From: Ruminococcus sp.
Lineage (GTDB): Bacteria; Bacillota; Clostridia; Oscillospirales; Acutalibacteraceae
Direction: 5' to 3'
Length of the DNA: 42,023 bases
Assembly (NCBI GenBank): GCA_045533085.1
Contig: JAZSHE010000095.1
Location: forward strand, 1-42,023
Positions 27,603 to 36,657 of this stretch are shown piece by piece (position 1 is the first letter of the stretch; each line of letters starts with the position of its first letter). The notes under the pieces are model-generated. The model ran no database searches. It had not been told where the DNA came from and saw only the letters and a list, made by a program, of their open reading frames with translations. A program made the translations under genes and the position numbers.

Positions 27603-28922
27603 TTAATCTAGTATACTAGACAGCTCTTTGATAGAAAGATTTAATTTTGCTGGAACGGCCTCATATTCTCCAGTTATGTATCTATGCTGTTTATTATGGT
27701 AAGGGTGAACTCGTTCTTCTTGAGCTGTGATACACTTTATTGTTCGAGTACCATTATCATCCTTTTTGATAGTATAGAAGGAACTAGAAGGTAAAATGGA
27801 CGAACTCATGATGTGTGTATTGTGTGTGGTAATTATTAATTGCCCTGAAAGTTCACTAAAAGTGTCTTCCAACAAATACTGTACCAATAAGTCGTGAATA
27901 CCATTATCGAGTTCATCAATTATAACCGTGTGACCTTTAGATGCGTTAATAAAGAAAGGGAGTAATTCTAATAGATTATGAGTACCTGTCGATTCAAGTG
28001 AAAAATCAATGTCTTTCACGGTGCCAGATATGGCTTGTCGAGTATATAACTCGTACGAAATTTTATCCTTCCTTGTTTTACGCTTATAGTAAACCTTTTT
28101 GATGTTTGGGTTTACTTTAGTTAAAAATTTGTTCAACATTTTTTCAGCTTTATCCAGCTGAGAGATGTCTTGTTCATGTATAGTTCCGGATTCTAATCTA
28201 GCGAGAATCGGATGAGCTAGTCCTAAAACTCCGTATTCAGGGGAATCAGCTTTTTTGACACGGCAAGAGAGTACGAAAAATTCTTCTAAACAAATAGAAA
28301 AATGTTCTGAAAAAGCTCCCTCTAAAAACTTACTTGATTTATCTGAGAACTCATGATAAATAATAGCGAGCAGTGAATGCTTGCCCCAATATTTTTCTAT
28401 ATTTATTTTAATATCAGCCAAAAGTGTTTTGTTTATAAATATTTTTTCGTTTAATTTAGTGTAGGTTTGTGATATATCAAAGTATAGTCCCTTATTTTTT
28501 TCAAGGGTATATTCCAATCTTTCATGTACAATTTCTTTATTGTCCGTTTCGATTAGATACTTTCCTTTTTTACCGTTTATGATGAATGAAAACTCCATCA
28601 GCAGATTACCAGTTGAATCTATAGTTCTGGAATCCTTAATAATAGTTTCAATATCTTTAAATCTACTCTTTAGCATTTCAAGAAAGCCCTCGTGCTGAGC
28701 GGCTTCTTTGTAGTTTTCCATTAATTCTTGAAACATATCTCTGACATCCATGGTGCGGATTAAATCAGCAAAGCAAAGAAAAATTGAAGCAAAATTTGAT
28801 TTACCTGCGCCGTTTTCACCATATAGTAGTACAAGATTTTTTGCTTTTGTACTATTTGAAGATAATTCTATAGTTGTATCAGTAAATGTTTTATAATTTT
28901 GCAAATGGATTGATGTGAACAT
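27603..28922 (-). CDS. AAA_21/ABC-type ATPase (RloA/AbiL-like)
   Basis: Walker A YGENGAGKSN, signature ESTGT, Walker B IIDELDNGIH and H-loop QLIITTH. ATG 28922 follows GGAGGG. Confidence 0.88.
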   Translation of the reverse strand: MFTSIHLQNYKTFTDTTIELSSNSTKAKNLVLLYGENGAGKSNFASIFLCFADLIRTMDVRDMFQELMENYKEAAQHEGFLEMLKSRFKDIETIIKDSRTIDSTGNLLMEFSFIINGKKGKYLIETDNKEIVHERLEYTLEKNKGLYFDISQTYTKLNEKIFINKTLLADIKINIEKYWGKHSLLAIIYHEFSDKSSKFLEGAFSEHFSICLEEFFVLSCRVKKADSPEYGVLGLAHPILARLESGTIHEQDISQLDKAEKMLNKFLTKVNPNIKKVYYKRKTRKDKISYELYTRQAISGTVKDIDFSLESTGTHNLLELLPFFINASKGHTVIIDELDNGIHDLLVQYLLEDTFSELSGQLIITTHNTHIMSSSILPSSSFYTIKKDDNGTRTIKCITAQEERVHPYHNKQHRYITGEYEAVPAKLNLSIKELSSILD

Positions 28923-29116
28923 TATAATCCCTCCGGCGAAAATTATATCATACAAAAACACGTTTGTCTAGAAAAATACGTCGAAAAATGAATAAAATGT
29001 AAATTATTGTAAGTTTTGCTTACAAATTCTCTAAAAATACTTGCTTTTTTATAGTTGTGTGATATACTTGTTTCAACATTTGGTAATTAGGAGGTAAAAC
29101 TAAAGGAGGGTCATTA

Positions 29117-30004
29117 ATGACTAATATTAAATTTTTGAGCTCAAAAAATTATGAGCCACAAGGTCCCAACTACGGAGATTGTATTATAATTGATACCGGC
29201 AGTGATTTGGTAATATACGATTGCGGTTGTGAGGAACACGCAAAGCGAGTAGAAGAGTATATGTGTGAACATAATTATGACCAAGCCATTGCAGTTCTTT
29301 CACATAACGATTCAGACCATTTTAAAGGGATTGAATATCTCGTGGAAAAACAGTTGTTATCCAAAATCTATACACAGTTATTTTTGAAACATAAAACTGA
29401 TATAGACAAGTTACTTGACGATGGTAGGGTTACAAACAAATCACTAGGTGACCGTATAAAGAAAGATTATGATAATATCGCAAGTTTAAGTGGGAAGGTA
29501 GAACTAGTGGATGCAATAGAATTAGGAGAGATAGTTTCAGGGGTTGAGATTGTCGGACCTGATAAAGATTATGCCTTAACAGTTGTAACTAAAGAGTTGG
29601 ATAACAGCGAAGGAGATACCATAGATACTGAGACAGCATATAATGCAGCCAGCGTTCAGGTATCGGTTGAATTAAAAGACAAAAAGGTATTACTATGTGG
29701 TGATGCTTCTTTTGAATCAATTAAAGATAAACTATGTGATTATAAGGTTATTCAATTACCTCATCACGGTAAGGCCGAAACAGCTGAGCTTATTTTTGAC
29801 GAAAAGAAAACAGAATTTGATACAGTGTATTTAGTCAGTGACAATACTGGCAACACAAATGGTGGCTCTGATAAGTTAAAAAAAGCGGGCAAACAAATAA
29901 AAAGTACTATTAACGGTGATATAACTTACCCGGACAACAGTCAAGGGAACCTTAAGGTAGGAAGAGTTTTGGGAATTACTGGAATGGGGTGGTTTTATAG
30001 ATGA
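29117..30004 (+). CDS. Metallo-beta-lactamase-fold hydrolase (ComEC/Rec2-like)
   Basis: GDC, YDCG, SHNDSDH, LLCGDA and LPHHG motifs. Confidence 0.88.
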   Translation: MTNIKFLSSKNYEPQGPNYGDCIIIDTGSDLVIYDCGCEEHAKRVEEYMCEHNYDQAIAVLSHNDSDHFKGIEYLVEKQLLSKIYTQLFLKHKTDIDKLLDDGRVTNKSLGDRIKKDYDNIASLSGKVELVDAIELGEIVSGVEIVGPDKDYALTVVTKELDNSEGDTIDTETAYNAASVQVSVELKDKKVLLCGDASFESIKDKLCDYKVIQLPHHGKAETAELIFDEKKTEFDTVYLVSDNTGNTNGGSDKLKKAGKQIKSTINGDITYPDNSQGNLKVGRVLGITGMGWFYR

Positions 30005-30447
30005 GATACCTCATTCAATCTTGTTTTGAACACGAACTCAAAGCTCGGCAGGAGTATTTAAACTCGGTTTTTAAGACGAATTTCATTGTGGTTGATAGAA
30101 ATCAGGCTTTTATTGAGCTACAAAGTTTTCCTCTTTGTGATGACCACATAATTCTCTTGTATGGCCACAATTATTGGATAGGACTTTTCTTTTCAATTTT
30201 TGGAGAAGGGATTAAGAACGACATAAAGGTCGTGACATCCTGCGATTTATTCGGATACAAGTCAGTACTAAAAGGGCAGAAAAATCTGTATTACTGCAAA
30301 GTCAATAAAGATGGGTATGTGGTATGTTATAAAGGCGAACAGTTTAATATGCCGTTTGATGTAACACAGTCTGAACTTGAGTTGCTTAATAATGCAGACC
30401 TTCCATTTGAAGAAAAAGTCAATTTTGCGTATAGGAGGGTTTCGTGA
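30001..30447 (+). CDS. Hypothetical protein
   Basis: Overlaps both neighbours by 4 nt; contains LLYGHN and VTSC. Confidence 0.75.
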   Translation: MRYLIQSCFEHELKARQEYLNSVFKTNFIVVDRNQAFIELQSFPLCDDHIILLYGHNYWIGLFFSIFGEGIKNDIKVVTSCDLFGYKSVLKGQKNLYYCKVNKDGYVVCYKGEQFNMPFDVTQSELELLNNADLPFEEKVNFAYRRVS

Positions 30448-31151
30448 TGAAGTTAGATATCTTTGATTCCTATAATATCAGAGCCAGAATAAGCGTAGTA
30501 TTATTTTTTATCATACCCTTTTTTGTTGACTGGCTGATTATTTTTAGTAGTAAGTTTACTGTTACAGAAAATCTTTTTGCAGTTGCTTTGTTAGTAATTA
30601 TATTTCAAAGCATATTAAATCTTAGTCGTCCGAAAGACAAGTGTTTTAGAGAAAATTATGTAACTGCAGCAAAGCTTCTAAATGTAAAATCTCAGTTGTC
30701 GGACATAACCAGAATGCGATACTATAGAAAATTAGCGACATTTGAACCTGAATTTTTGGATTTTAGTTGCCAGAAATCAGAATGGAATAATAAAATTACA
30801 GACGACTTATGTGAGAGTGCAGTAGTGTGGTTGCGCTCGAAAACCAGAGATAAAAATACCTTTTATCTAATTCACGAAGAAAATACAAATTATGGTTATT
30901 ACAGAAATATGTTTAATTTAAAAAAGGCAGGAATTATCCTGAATTGTGTAGCTGTCTTTGCCTTGGTGATAATGGTATTATGTCCACACTTTGATTCTTT
31001 CAAACCAAGCAATTTTGAGATGCTACTACTCGTAAGCATACACCTATTTCAAATAGTGTATTTGAGCTTGGCTATTACAAAAGATGCGGTTGAAACCGCC
31101 GCAAAGAGATACGCCAAGAGTTTAGTGGAGGCTATAGACATTATAGCCTAA
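30444..31151 (+). CDS. Multi-TM (about 4) membrane protein, putative defence effector
   Basis: Two TM pairs flanking a soluble loop with LRSKTRD...EENTNYGYYRN; N-terminal DSYNIRAR. Confidence 0.75.
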   Translation: MMKLDIFDSYNIRARISVVLFFIIPFFVDWLIIFSSKFTVTENLFAVALLVIIFQSILNLSRPKDKCFRENYVTAAKLLNVKSQLSDITRMRYYRKLATFEPEFLDFSCQKSEWNNKITDDLCESAVVWLRSKTRDKNTFYLIHEENTNYGYYRNMFNLKKAGIILNCVAVFALVIMVLCPHFDSFKPSNFEMLLLVSIHLFQIVYLSLAITKDAVETAAKRYAKSLVEAIDIIA

Positions 31152-31195
31152 TAGATAATAAAAATCAAAAATCCTTATACCAAATGTTAATTAAG

Positions 31196-31226
31196 ACCGT
31201 CTTATGCGAATGCATGAGGCGGTTTT
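31196..31226 (+). terminator. Intrinsic terminator
   Basis: ACCGTCTTATGC-gaat-GCATGAGGCGGT followed by T's. Confidence 0.75.
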
Positions 31227-31427
31227 GAGTTCTGTTTATGAGATACAAATTGTATCATTGTAATAATTTAATTAAAACATAACCTATAAGTAGTCCGTGA
31301 AAGTCTAGTGTAATATGTAAGTGGCTAAAGCTTGACCGATAGGATCATCTCACGAGCCTGTCGGTAACGATGAGTTCGTTTCTTTTTGCCCTCTTTTAGA
31401 ATAAAATTTTAAAAGGAGTAATATTTT

Positions 31428-31703
31428 ATGAAATCACTCAAAGAGTTAGTGATGAAAGAAACAAGACCAGTGTATTTGTATACACCATCAAAAGCGTTAG
31501 CTCGTGATTTTCTCAAAATAGCCGAAAAAGAATGCTTTTTATTTGGCGATGGTAAAAGACCGACTAAGAAACCATTAGATGATTACTATGCACTGCATCA
31601 GGAGCTGATTGTGAATTATATCGGGTTTGCTGGTAGATTGCGTTATTAAAGCATCGATGACGGAATATTAAGAGTTGAATACCAAGATTTGTTTAGAGAT
31701 TAG
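31428..31703 (+). pseudogene. Hypothetical protein with a probable premature stop
   Basis: Strong RBS. After TAA at 31647-31649 the frame stays open (SIDDGILRVEYQDLFRD) to TAG 31703. Confidence 0.5.
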
Positions 31704-31716
31704 AAAGTGCTAACGC

Positions 31717-31748
31717 TCAAATTCTGATCTGCATTAATCAAAGAATAA
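31717..31748 (+). repeat. 32-bp boundary repeat, copy E
   Basis: TCAAATTCTG-atctgcat-TAATCAAAGAATAA. Confidence 0.85.
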
Positions 31749-31853
31749 AGCTTATTTCAAAAACTTAAGTTCTCCATTGACAATTCATAACAAATTTAAT
31801 ACAATTATACTAAAGAACAAATGTTCTATTGGTTTGTGCTAGGAGGAATTGGA

Positions 31854-32401
31854 ATGACAGAGATAGAGAAAATTGAGTACGCTAAATCATTTATAGATAA
31901 ACTTGCAAATGGAATAAACCCGATTGACGATTCGCAGATTAAGGAAGATGATATGATTAATAATGTCAGAATTTCTAGATGCTTATTCTTTGTGTCAGAT
32001 GTGCTCAGACAAGTTGTTGAAAAAGTGGAATAAAGAAAAAGACTGCAAAAATCCCGTTTAATCTTACATCGGAGGAAAGAATGAAATTCGAGTATTCTGA
32101 TACTTCTATCCCTGTTAGTGAAATTACTAAGCGTTTTAATGAGCTTATTACCAATGAAGATATGAAAAAATTAACGCATAGAAATATCACAGAGTGGTTA
32201 ATTTCCATTGATATGCTTTATGAGATGACTAAACCTGATGGTAAAACAACAAAGCGTCCCACAGAGCACGGTATAGCAATCGGTATTACCACAGAAACTA
32301 GAATAGGTCCTAGAGGTGAATATGTTGTTACTATATATGATAAGAAAGCACAAGAATTTTTAGTGGATAATCTTGACAGCATGCTTGGATTTAAAAACTG
32401 A
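31854..32401 (+). pseudogene. Conserved hypothetical protein split by a 1-nt frameshift
   Basis: MTEIEKIEYAKSFIDKLANGINP... continues as GIKKKTAKIPFNLTSEERMKFEYS... if one base is added near the A-run at about 32020-32024. Confidence 0.7.
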
Positions 32402-32686
32402 TTGCTATTTTTTAATATCAATATCTAGTATGTAAGAGTGAATTAAGGCTTAAACTTGTGTTTACTTTTACAATTAACGTAACGATTATGTGTTTTTAGG
32501 GTCCGTTTTATTGTACATTGGTTAGTATATAATATTAAATGAAATCACACCACAATATAAATTCTGTGTGTAGAAAGAACTGTTTTTGTATGATATAATG
32601 ATACATGTATGCATAGAGGATTGATTTGCTTATATGGTGTAGAGATTTACTGTATACTACATCTTAAACATAACGAAAGGATGCTT

Positions 32687-33157
32687 ATGATGATTCCAAT
32701 AATGAGTTTTTGGCCTTGTATTTATGAAAAAATAATAGCTCAAAAAAAGCTAATTGAATACAGACGTACGTTTCCCAAGGATTGTGATTATGCTTATATG
32801 TACGTTAGTAAACCTGTAAAGGCCATATGTGCTATCATATATTTCGGTAAGAAACATGCGTTAGAAGATTGGAAAACAGAATATGCCTCAAACATTGAGG
32901 TTACCAAACGAATTTTGGATTATTCACAAAATTACCGATATGGTGCAGAAATAATTGGAATACAAAAAATACAGCCTATCACTCTAAAAGAACTACGTGA
33001 TAATGTAACAAACTTTGTGGCTCCTCAATCCTATGTTTTATTAGAGAATAATGAACTTTTATCAAATTATGTAAAAAGCAATACAATAATAATTGATGAT
33101 AAAATAATCAATAATCTTAATGATATATTTCCAGAACATATATGTAAGAAGGTTTAA
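32687..33157 (+). CDS. ASCH/PUA-like domain protein
   Basis: KIIAQKKLIEYRR, YMYVSKPVKAI and FVAPQSY are characteristic of ASCH. Its stop overlaps the MTase start. Confidence 0.75.
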   Translation: MMIPIMSFWPCIYEKIIAQKKLIEYRRTFPKDCDYAYMYVSKPVKAICAIIYFGKKHALEDWKTEYASNIEVTKRILDYSQNYRYGAEIIGIQKIQPITLKELRDNVTNFVAPQSYVLLENNELLSNYVKSNTIIIDDKIINNLNDIFPEHICKKV

Positions 33158-35070
33158 TGATGATCAGGGTGTTTGAAGCTTTTGCTGGATATGGAAGTCA
33201 ACGCTTAGCATTGAAACGCTGTGGGATCCCTCATGAAGTAGTAGGGATTTCTGAGATTGACGGAGATGTTCTCCTATCATATGCAGCAATACATTGCGGC
33301 CTATTAGAAAAAAGAAATACAACACCAGCAATTACAGAAAATGAAATGCGAGAACATTTGCAGAGTATAAATGTTCCGCTAGATTATAAAACCTTTAATA
33401 ACAAAGCTGCATACTTAAAAGGTAGTAAGCTAATAGATATGTATTTAGCTAATGTTTTAAGTAAGAATTATGGTGACATACGAATTATAGATCCGAGCAC
33501 ATTACCTGATTTTGATTTTTTTACTTATTCATTTCCTTGTCAGGATATTTCTGTTGCAGGTTATCAATTTGGTTTAGATCAGCAGTCAGGGACACGATCC
33601 TCACTCCTTTGGGAGTGTTGCAAAATTATTAGTGCTAAAAAACCTAAATATTTAATGATGGAGAATGTTAAAAACTTGGTTGGCAAAAATCATAAAGCTA
33701 ACTTTATAAGGTTTCTAGATTATCTTGAATCCCTTGGCTATAAAAATTATTGGGACATTCTCAATGCTAGAGATTTCGGTATTCCGCAGAATAGAGAACG
33801 AGTTTTTTGTATAAGTATTCTGGATGATAAAAAAGGCTTTTCTTTTCCTAAAGCAAAGAGATTAAATCTGTTTATGAATGATTTGCTGGAAGAAAATGTT
33901 CCGGATAACTTTTACCTGAAAAACAATCAGTGTACCGATGTTCCGATTAAGCAAGATTACATATATTGCTTAGACTCAAATTACTGGAAGGGGACTTTTC
34001 TGAAAAGCTTTTTGGAGAAGCATCGTAGACAAGTCGTTTCAGGTCCAATGAATAGCGAAGGTAGATATCCTGCACGAAGGCTAACCCCTTTAGAAGCGTG
34101 GCGCTTTATGGGAGTATCAGATTCCGATTTTAAGAAGGCGAGCAGTCTAGTTAGTAATACTAGCCTATATAAACAAGCTGGTAACAGCATTGTTGTTCCT
34201 GTATTAGAGAATATTTTCAGCAAATTATTTGAAACCAATGCTCAGGAGGTAAAAGAGATGGATGATAATAAAATGGAGCTTATTAACATTTTTAGACGAA
34301 ATGTAAAAGGGAAAACTCCAGATGTGTCTGGTAGAAATATCAGACATGATGGACGTAAAGGTCACTGGCTTGAAGAACAGTTTTGTATCCATGCAAACGC
34401 AAGCAATACTGCAGATATTTTAGGTTATGAATTGAAAAACGAAACAACCAGTAAAACTACTTTTGGAGATTGGTCTGCTAATAGGTATATTTTTAAACAT
34501 GGTCCGTATGTGCACCTCTTTAGAGGAACTGCTAGTTATGAAAAGCAAGATGCGTTTTGCAGTATTTTTGGTAAACCTAATGCACAGAAGAATAACAGAT
34601 ACTCTTGGTCAGGTAGCCCAGTTCCTAAAATAGGTGTTTATAATGACTTCGGACAGATTTTAGTAATTGAAGAGAATTTAGATATTACAGCTCGTTATTC
34701 ATACAATAAAGATACACGTCCTGATAAATCTTCTATTGTCCCAGTGGAGTTGCAAGTAGATGATTTAGAACTTGCTCGCTGGTTTGGTACACACTCACCT
34801 ACGAACTCGGCAACGGACAAATGTCTAAAAAGAAAGCTTGAAGACAAATTTAACGATAAAGGTTGGTTTACCTGTAAAACTGATTCATCAGGAAAGTATT
34901 ATCAAATCTGCTTTGGGAATCCTTTTAATTATTTAGACTGGATTGATTTGGTGAAGCGAGGAATAGTCTTTTTTGATAGCGGTATGTATCAAGGAAATAA
35001 AAGACCATATTCCCAGTGGAGAGCAAACAATACATATTGGGATAGTTTAATCGTTGAGCGTTACGAATAA
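33157..35070 (+). CDS. C5-cytosine methyltransferase fused to a LlaMI/ScrFI-like restriction endonuclease
   Basis: FAGYG, FPCQ, ENV, QNRER and YKQAGNS MTase motifs. C-terminal NVKGK...HDGRKGHWLE...ADILGYELKN..KTTFGDWSA recalls the LlaMI family. Confidence 0.85.
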   Translation: MMIRVFEAFAGYGSQRLALKRCGIPHEVVGISEIDGDVLLSYAAIHCGLLEKRNTTPAITENEMREHLQSINVPLDYKTFNNKAAYLKGSKLIDMYLANVLSKNYGDIRIIDPSTLPDFDFFTYSFPCQDISVAGYQFGLDQQSGTRSSLLWECCKIISAKKPKYLMMENVKNLVGKNHKANFIRFLDYLESLGYKNYWDILNARDFGIPQNRERVFCISILDDKKGFSFPKAKRLNLFMNDLLEENVPDNFYLKNNQCTDVPIKQDYIYCLDSNYWKGTFLKSFLEKHRRQVVSGPMNSEGRYPARRLTPLEAWRFMGVSDSDFKKASSLVSNTSLYKQAGNSIVVPVLENIFSKLFETNAQEVKEMDDNKMELINIFRRNVKGKTPDVSGRNIRHDGRKGHWLEEQFCIHANASNTADILGYELKNETTSKTTFGDWSANRYIFKHGPYVHLFRGTASYEKQDAFCSIFGKPNAQKNNRYSWSGSPVPKIGVYNDFGQILVIEENLDITARYSYNKDTRPDKSSIVPVELQVDDLELARWFGTHSPTNSATDKCLKRKLEDKFNDKGWFTCKTDSSGKYYQICFGNPFNYLDWIDLVKRGIVFFDSGMYQGNKRPYSQWRANNTYWDSLIVERYE

Positions 35071-35087
35071 TATAAGGTGACATTTAT

Positions 35088-36638
35088 ATGTTTAGTTTAA
35101 AATACACAATAACCATTACAATTCCAAATGTACCGTTACAGTGGATTCCCAAGATTGAATTATATTACCCAGATTTACCTCAATTCCCGATAATGTATAT
35201 TCACAAGAAAATATCATCTGGAAGGCTTGTTGCTTGTCCTGTATCTGTGAGTTATGATATTAAAGATAATTTTTGCGATGCGTATTTTTATGTTCTTTGC
35301 AATATTAATCCATCCTGTGATTCTGAGGTGTCTTTAACACTACAAGAGGAAATTCAAGAAAGAATAGGTATAAAAAACAAGATTTCAGTAAATACGATAA
35401 TCAACTGTTGTAATGGAAATGAACAGCATGAAAACCTTATGACTGATTTATGGAAATATATTGAGATGTCATACGGTTCCGCTATTCCATTTGGACGCTA
35501 TTATGAGGAAATATATTCTATTCCGCGCTTTGTGTCTGCTTGGCAACCTAAGACAGGTCGTCAAAGTGAAATGCGTATGCTATATAATTTTATGAGTGCT
35601 TTTGGAGAAGAAGTTCAATTCCCTTCTGACTGGAGCCATTTGGAGTACTATGTGATTCCTACATATATTGATGTTAGAAACAGTGATTATTCAGATTTTC
35701 CAACATTTTTAAAATTGTATACTGCTATAAAAAAACTGTTCAATGCTGAATTTACACGTGAAGTTACTATTGAGAATGTTTCATTCAAGGTTATGCCTAG
35801 AGCTTGGAAACAGAATAAGGATGATTTTATCAATAGTGTTAGCAATCGTTTGTATTCTACCGGTGTTTTTAACGAAGAAGATAAGTTTTTTGCTGAACAG
35901 TTAGTTGATGCTTTTAATCGACACCCATGGAGGGCGGCTTATTTCATAAGTGCATATTTGAATATAGAACATACCGATTATAGAATGTGGACCAAAAACT
36001 TTTTCAAAACTTTCTATGACAGCGGAAATAAATTAAAAGGATATTCAGAAAAAGTTATTGCTTGTATTTTGCAACAGGGTTTTGGAAAAGATGAAATCAT
36101 CCCTGTTGATACTTGGATTGAAACATTTTATATGTATCCATTAGGTATAGACAGTCGCTCGAATTTTTATGACTCTTTTAGTGGGTTAGGGAAAGTTGAA
36201 AGAGTTATCTGGCTTGCAAGCCAATCCAACAAAACTAATATGAAGAACTTTTTTGACATTTTATGGTGTCAAAGATACGGTGTTATTGGAAATAAAAAAC
36301 TACGAGGAGTGAACCCTATAGCCTGTTATGGCTGCAAACTAAAAGATACATGTATTGGACTTTCGCATGTACTAGGTGACTTCGTTTTAGTCTCAAATAC
36401 GTTAACAGAAGATGATTTTTCAAATCTAGCTGTAGATGTTGTTAATCAGATAACATTTATATGTCTCTTGGATGATAACGTTCCTAAAAAAGTTTATAAA
36501 AAACTTTATAACACTTGGGTTTTAATTGACGAATTTAGTGGTTACATTTTGACCCAAGAAGATGCTTTGTTGGATGAATATATAGAAAAACAACTGATAA
36601 CAGTTTCAGAGTTTATTAACGCAAAAAATAGAGGGTAA
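35088..36638 (+). CDS. Large HhH-GPD superfamily DNA glycosylase-like protein with Fe-S motif
   Basis: LKGYSEKVIACILQQGFGKDEIIPVDTWI (HhH plus catalytic Asp) and C...CYGCKLKDTC (EndoIII-like C-x2-C-x5-C). Confidence 0.65.
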   Translation: MFSLKYTITITIPNVPLQWIPKIELYYPDLPQFPIMYIHKKISSGRLVACPVSVSYDIKDNFCDAYFYVLCNINPSCDSEVSLTLQEEIQERIGIKNKISVNTIINCCNGNEQHENLMTDLWKYIEMSYGSAIPFGRYYEEIYSIPRFVSAWQPKTGRQSEMRMLYNFMSAFGEEVQFPSDWSHLEYYVIPTYIDVRNSDYSDFPTFLKLYTAIKKLFNAEFTREVTIENVSFKVMPRAWKQNKDDFINSVSNRLYSTGVFNEEDKFFAEQLVDAFNRHPWRAAYFISAYLNIEHTDYRMWTKNFFKTFYDSGNKLKGYSEKVIACILQQGFGKDEIIPVDTWIETFYMYPLGIDSRSNFYDSFSGLGKVERVIWLASQSNKTNMKNFFDILWCQRYGVIGNKKLRGVNPIACYGCKLKDTCIGLSHVLGDFVLVSNTLTEDDFSNLAVDVVNQITFICLLDDNVPKKVYKKLYNTWVLIDEFSGYILTQEDALLDEYIEKQLITVSEFINAKNRG

Positions 36639-36651
36639 CCCCCTCTATTTT
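36625..36651. terminator. Bidirectional terminator
   Basis: AAAATAGAGGG-taacc-CCCTCTATTTT between convergent genes. Confidence 0.8.
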
Positions 36652-36657
36652 ATATGT

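Noticed and set aside
29117-31151. CBASS system, competence ComEC or carbapenemase
   Set aside because: No nucleotidyltransferase is present, the MBL protein lacks ComEC membrane domains, and it has no signal peptide.
13008-31748. Repeats as a CRISPR array
   Set aside because: Copies are 0.8-9 kb apart with whole genes between them, and there are no cas genes.
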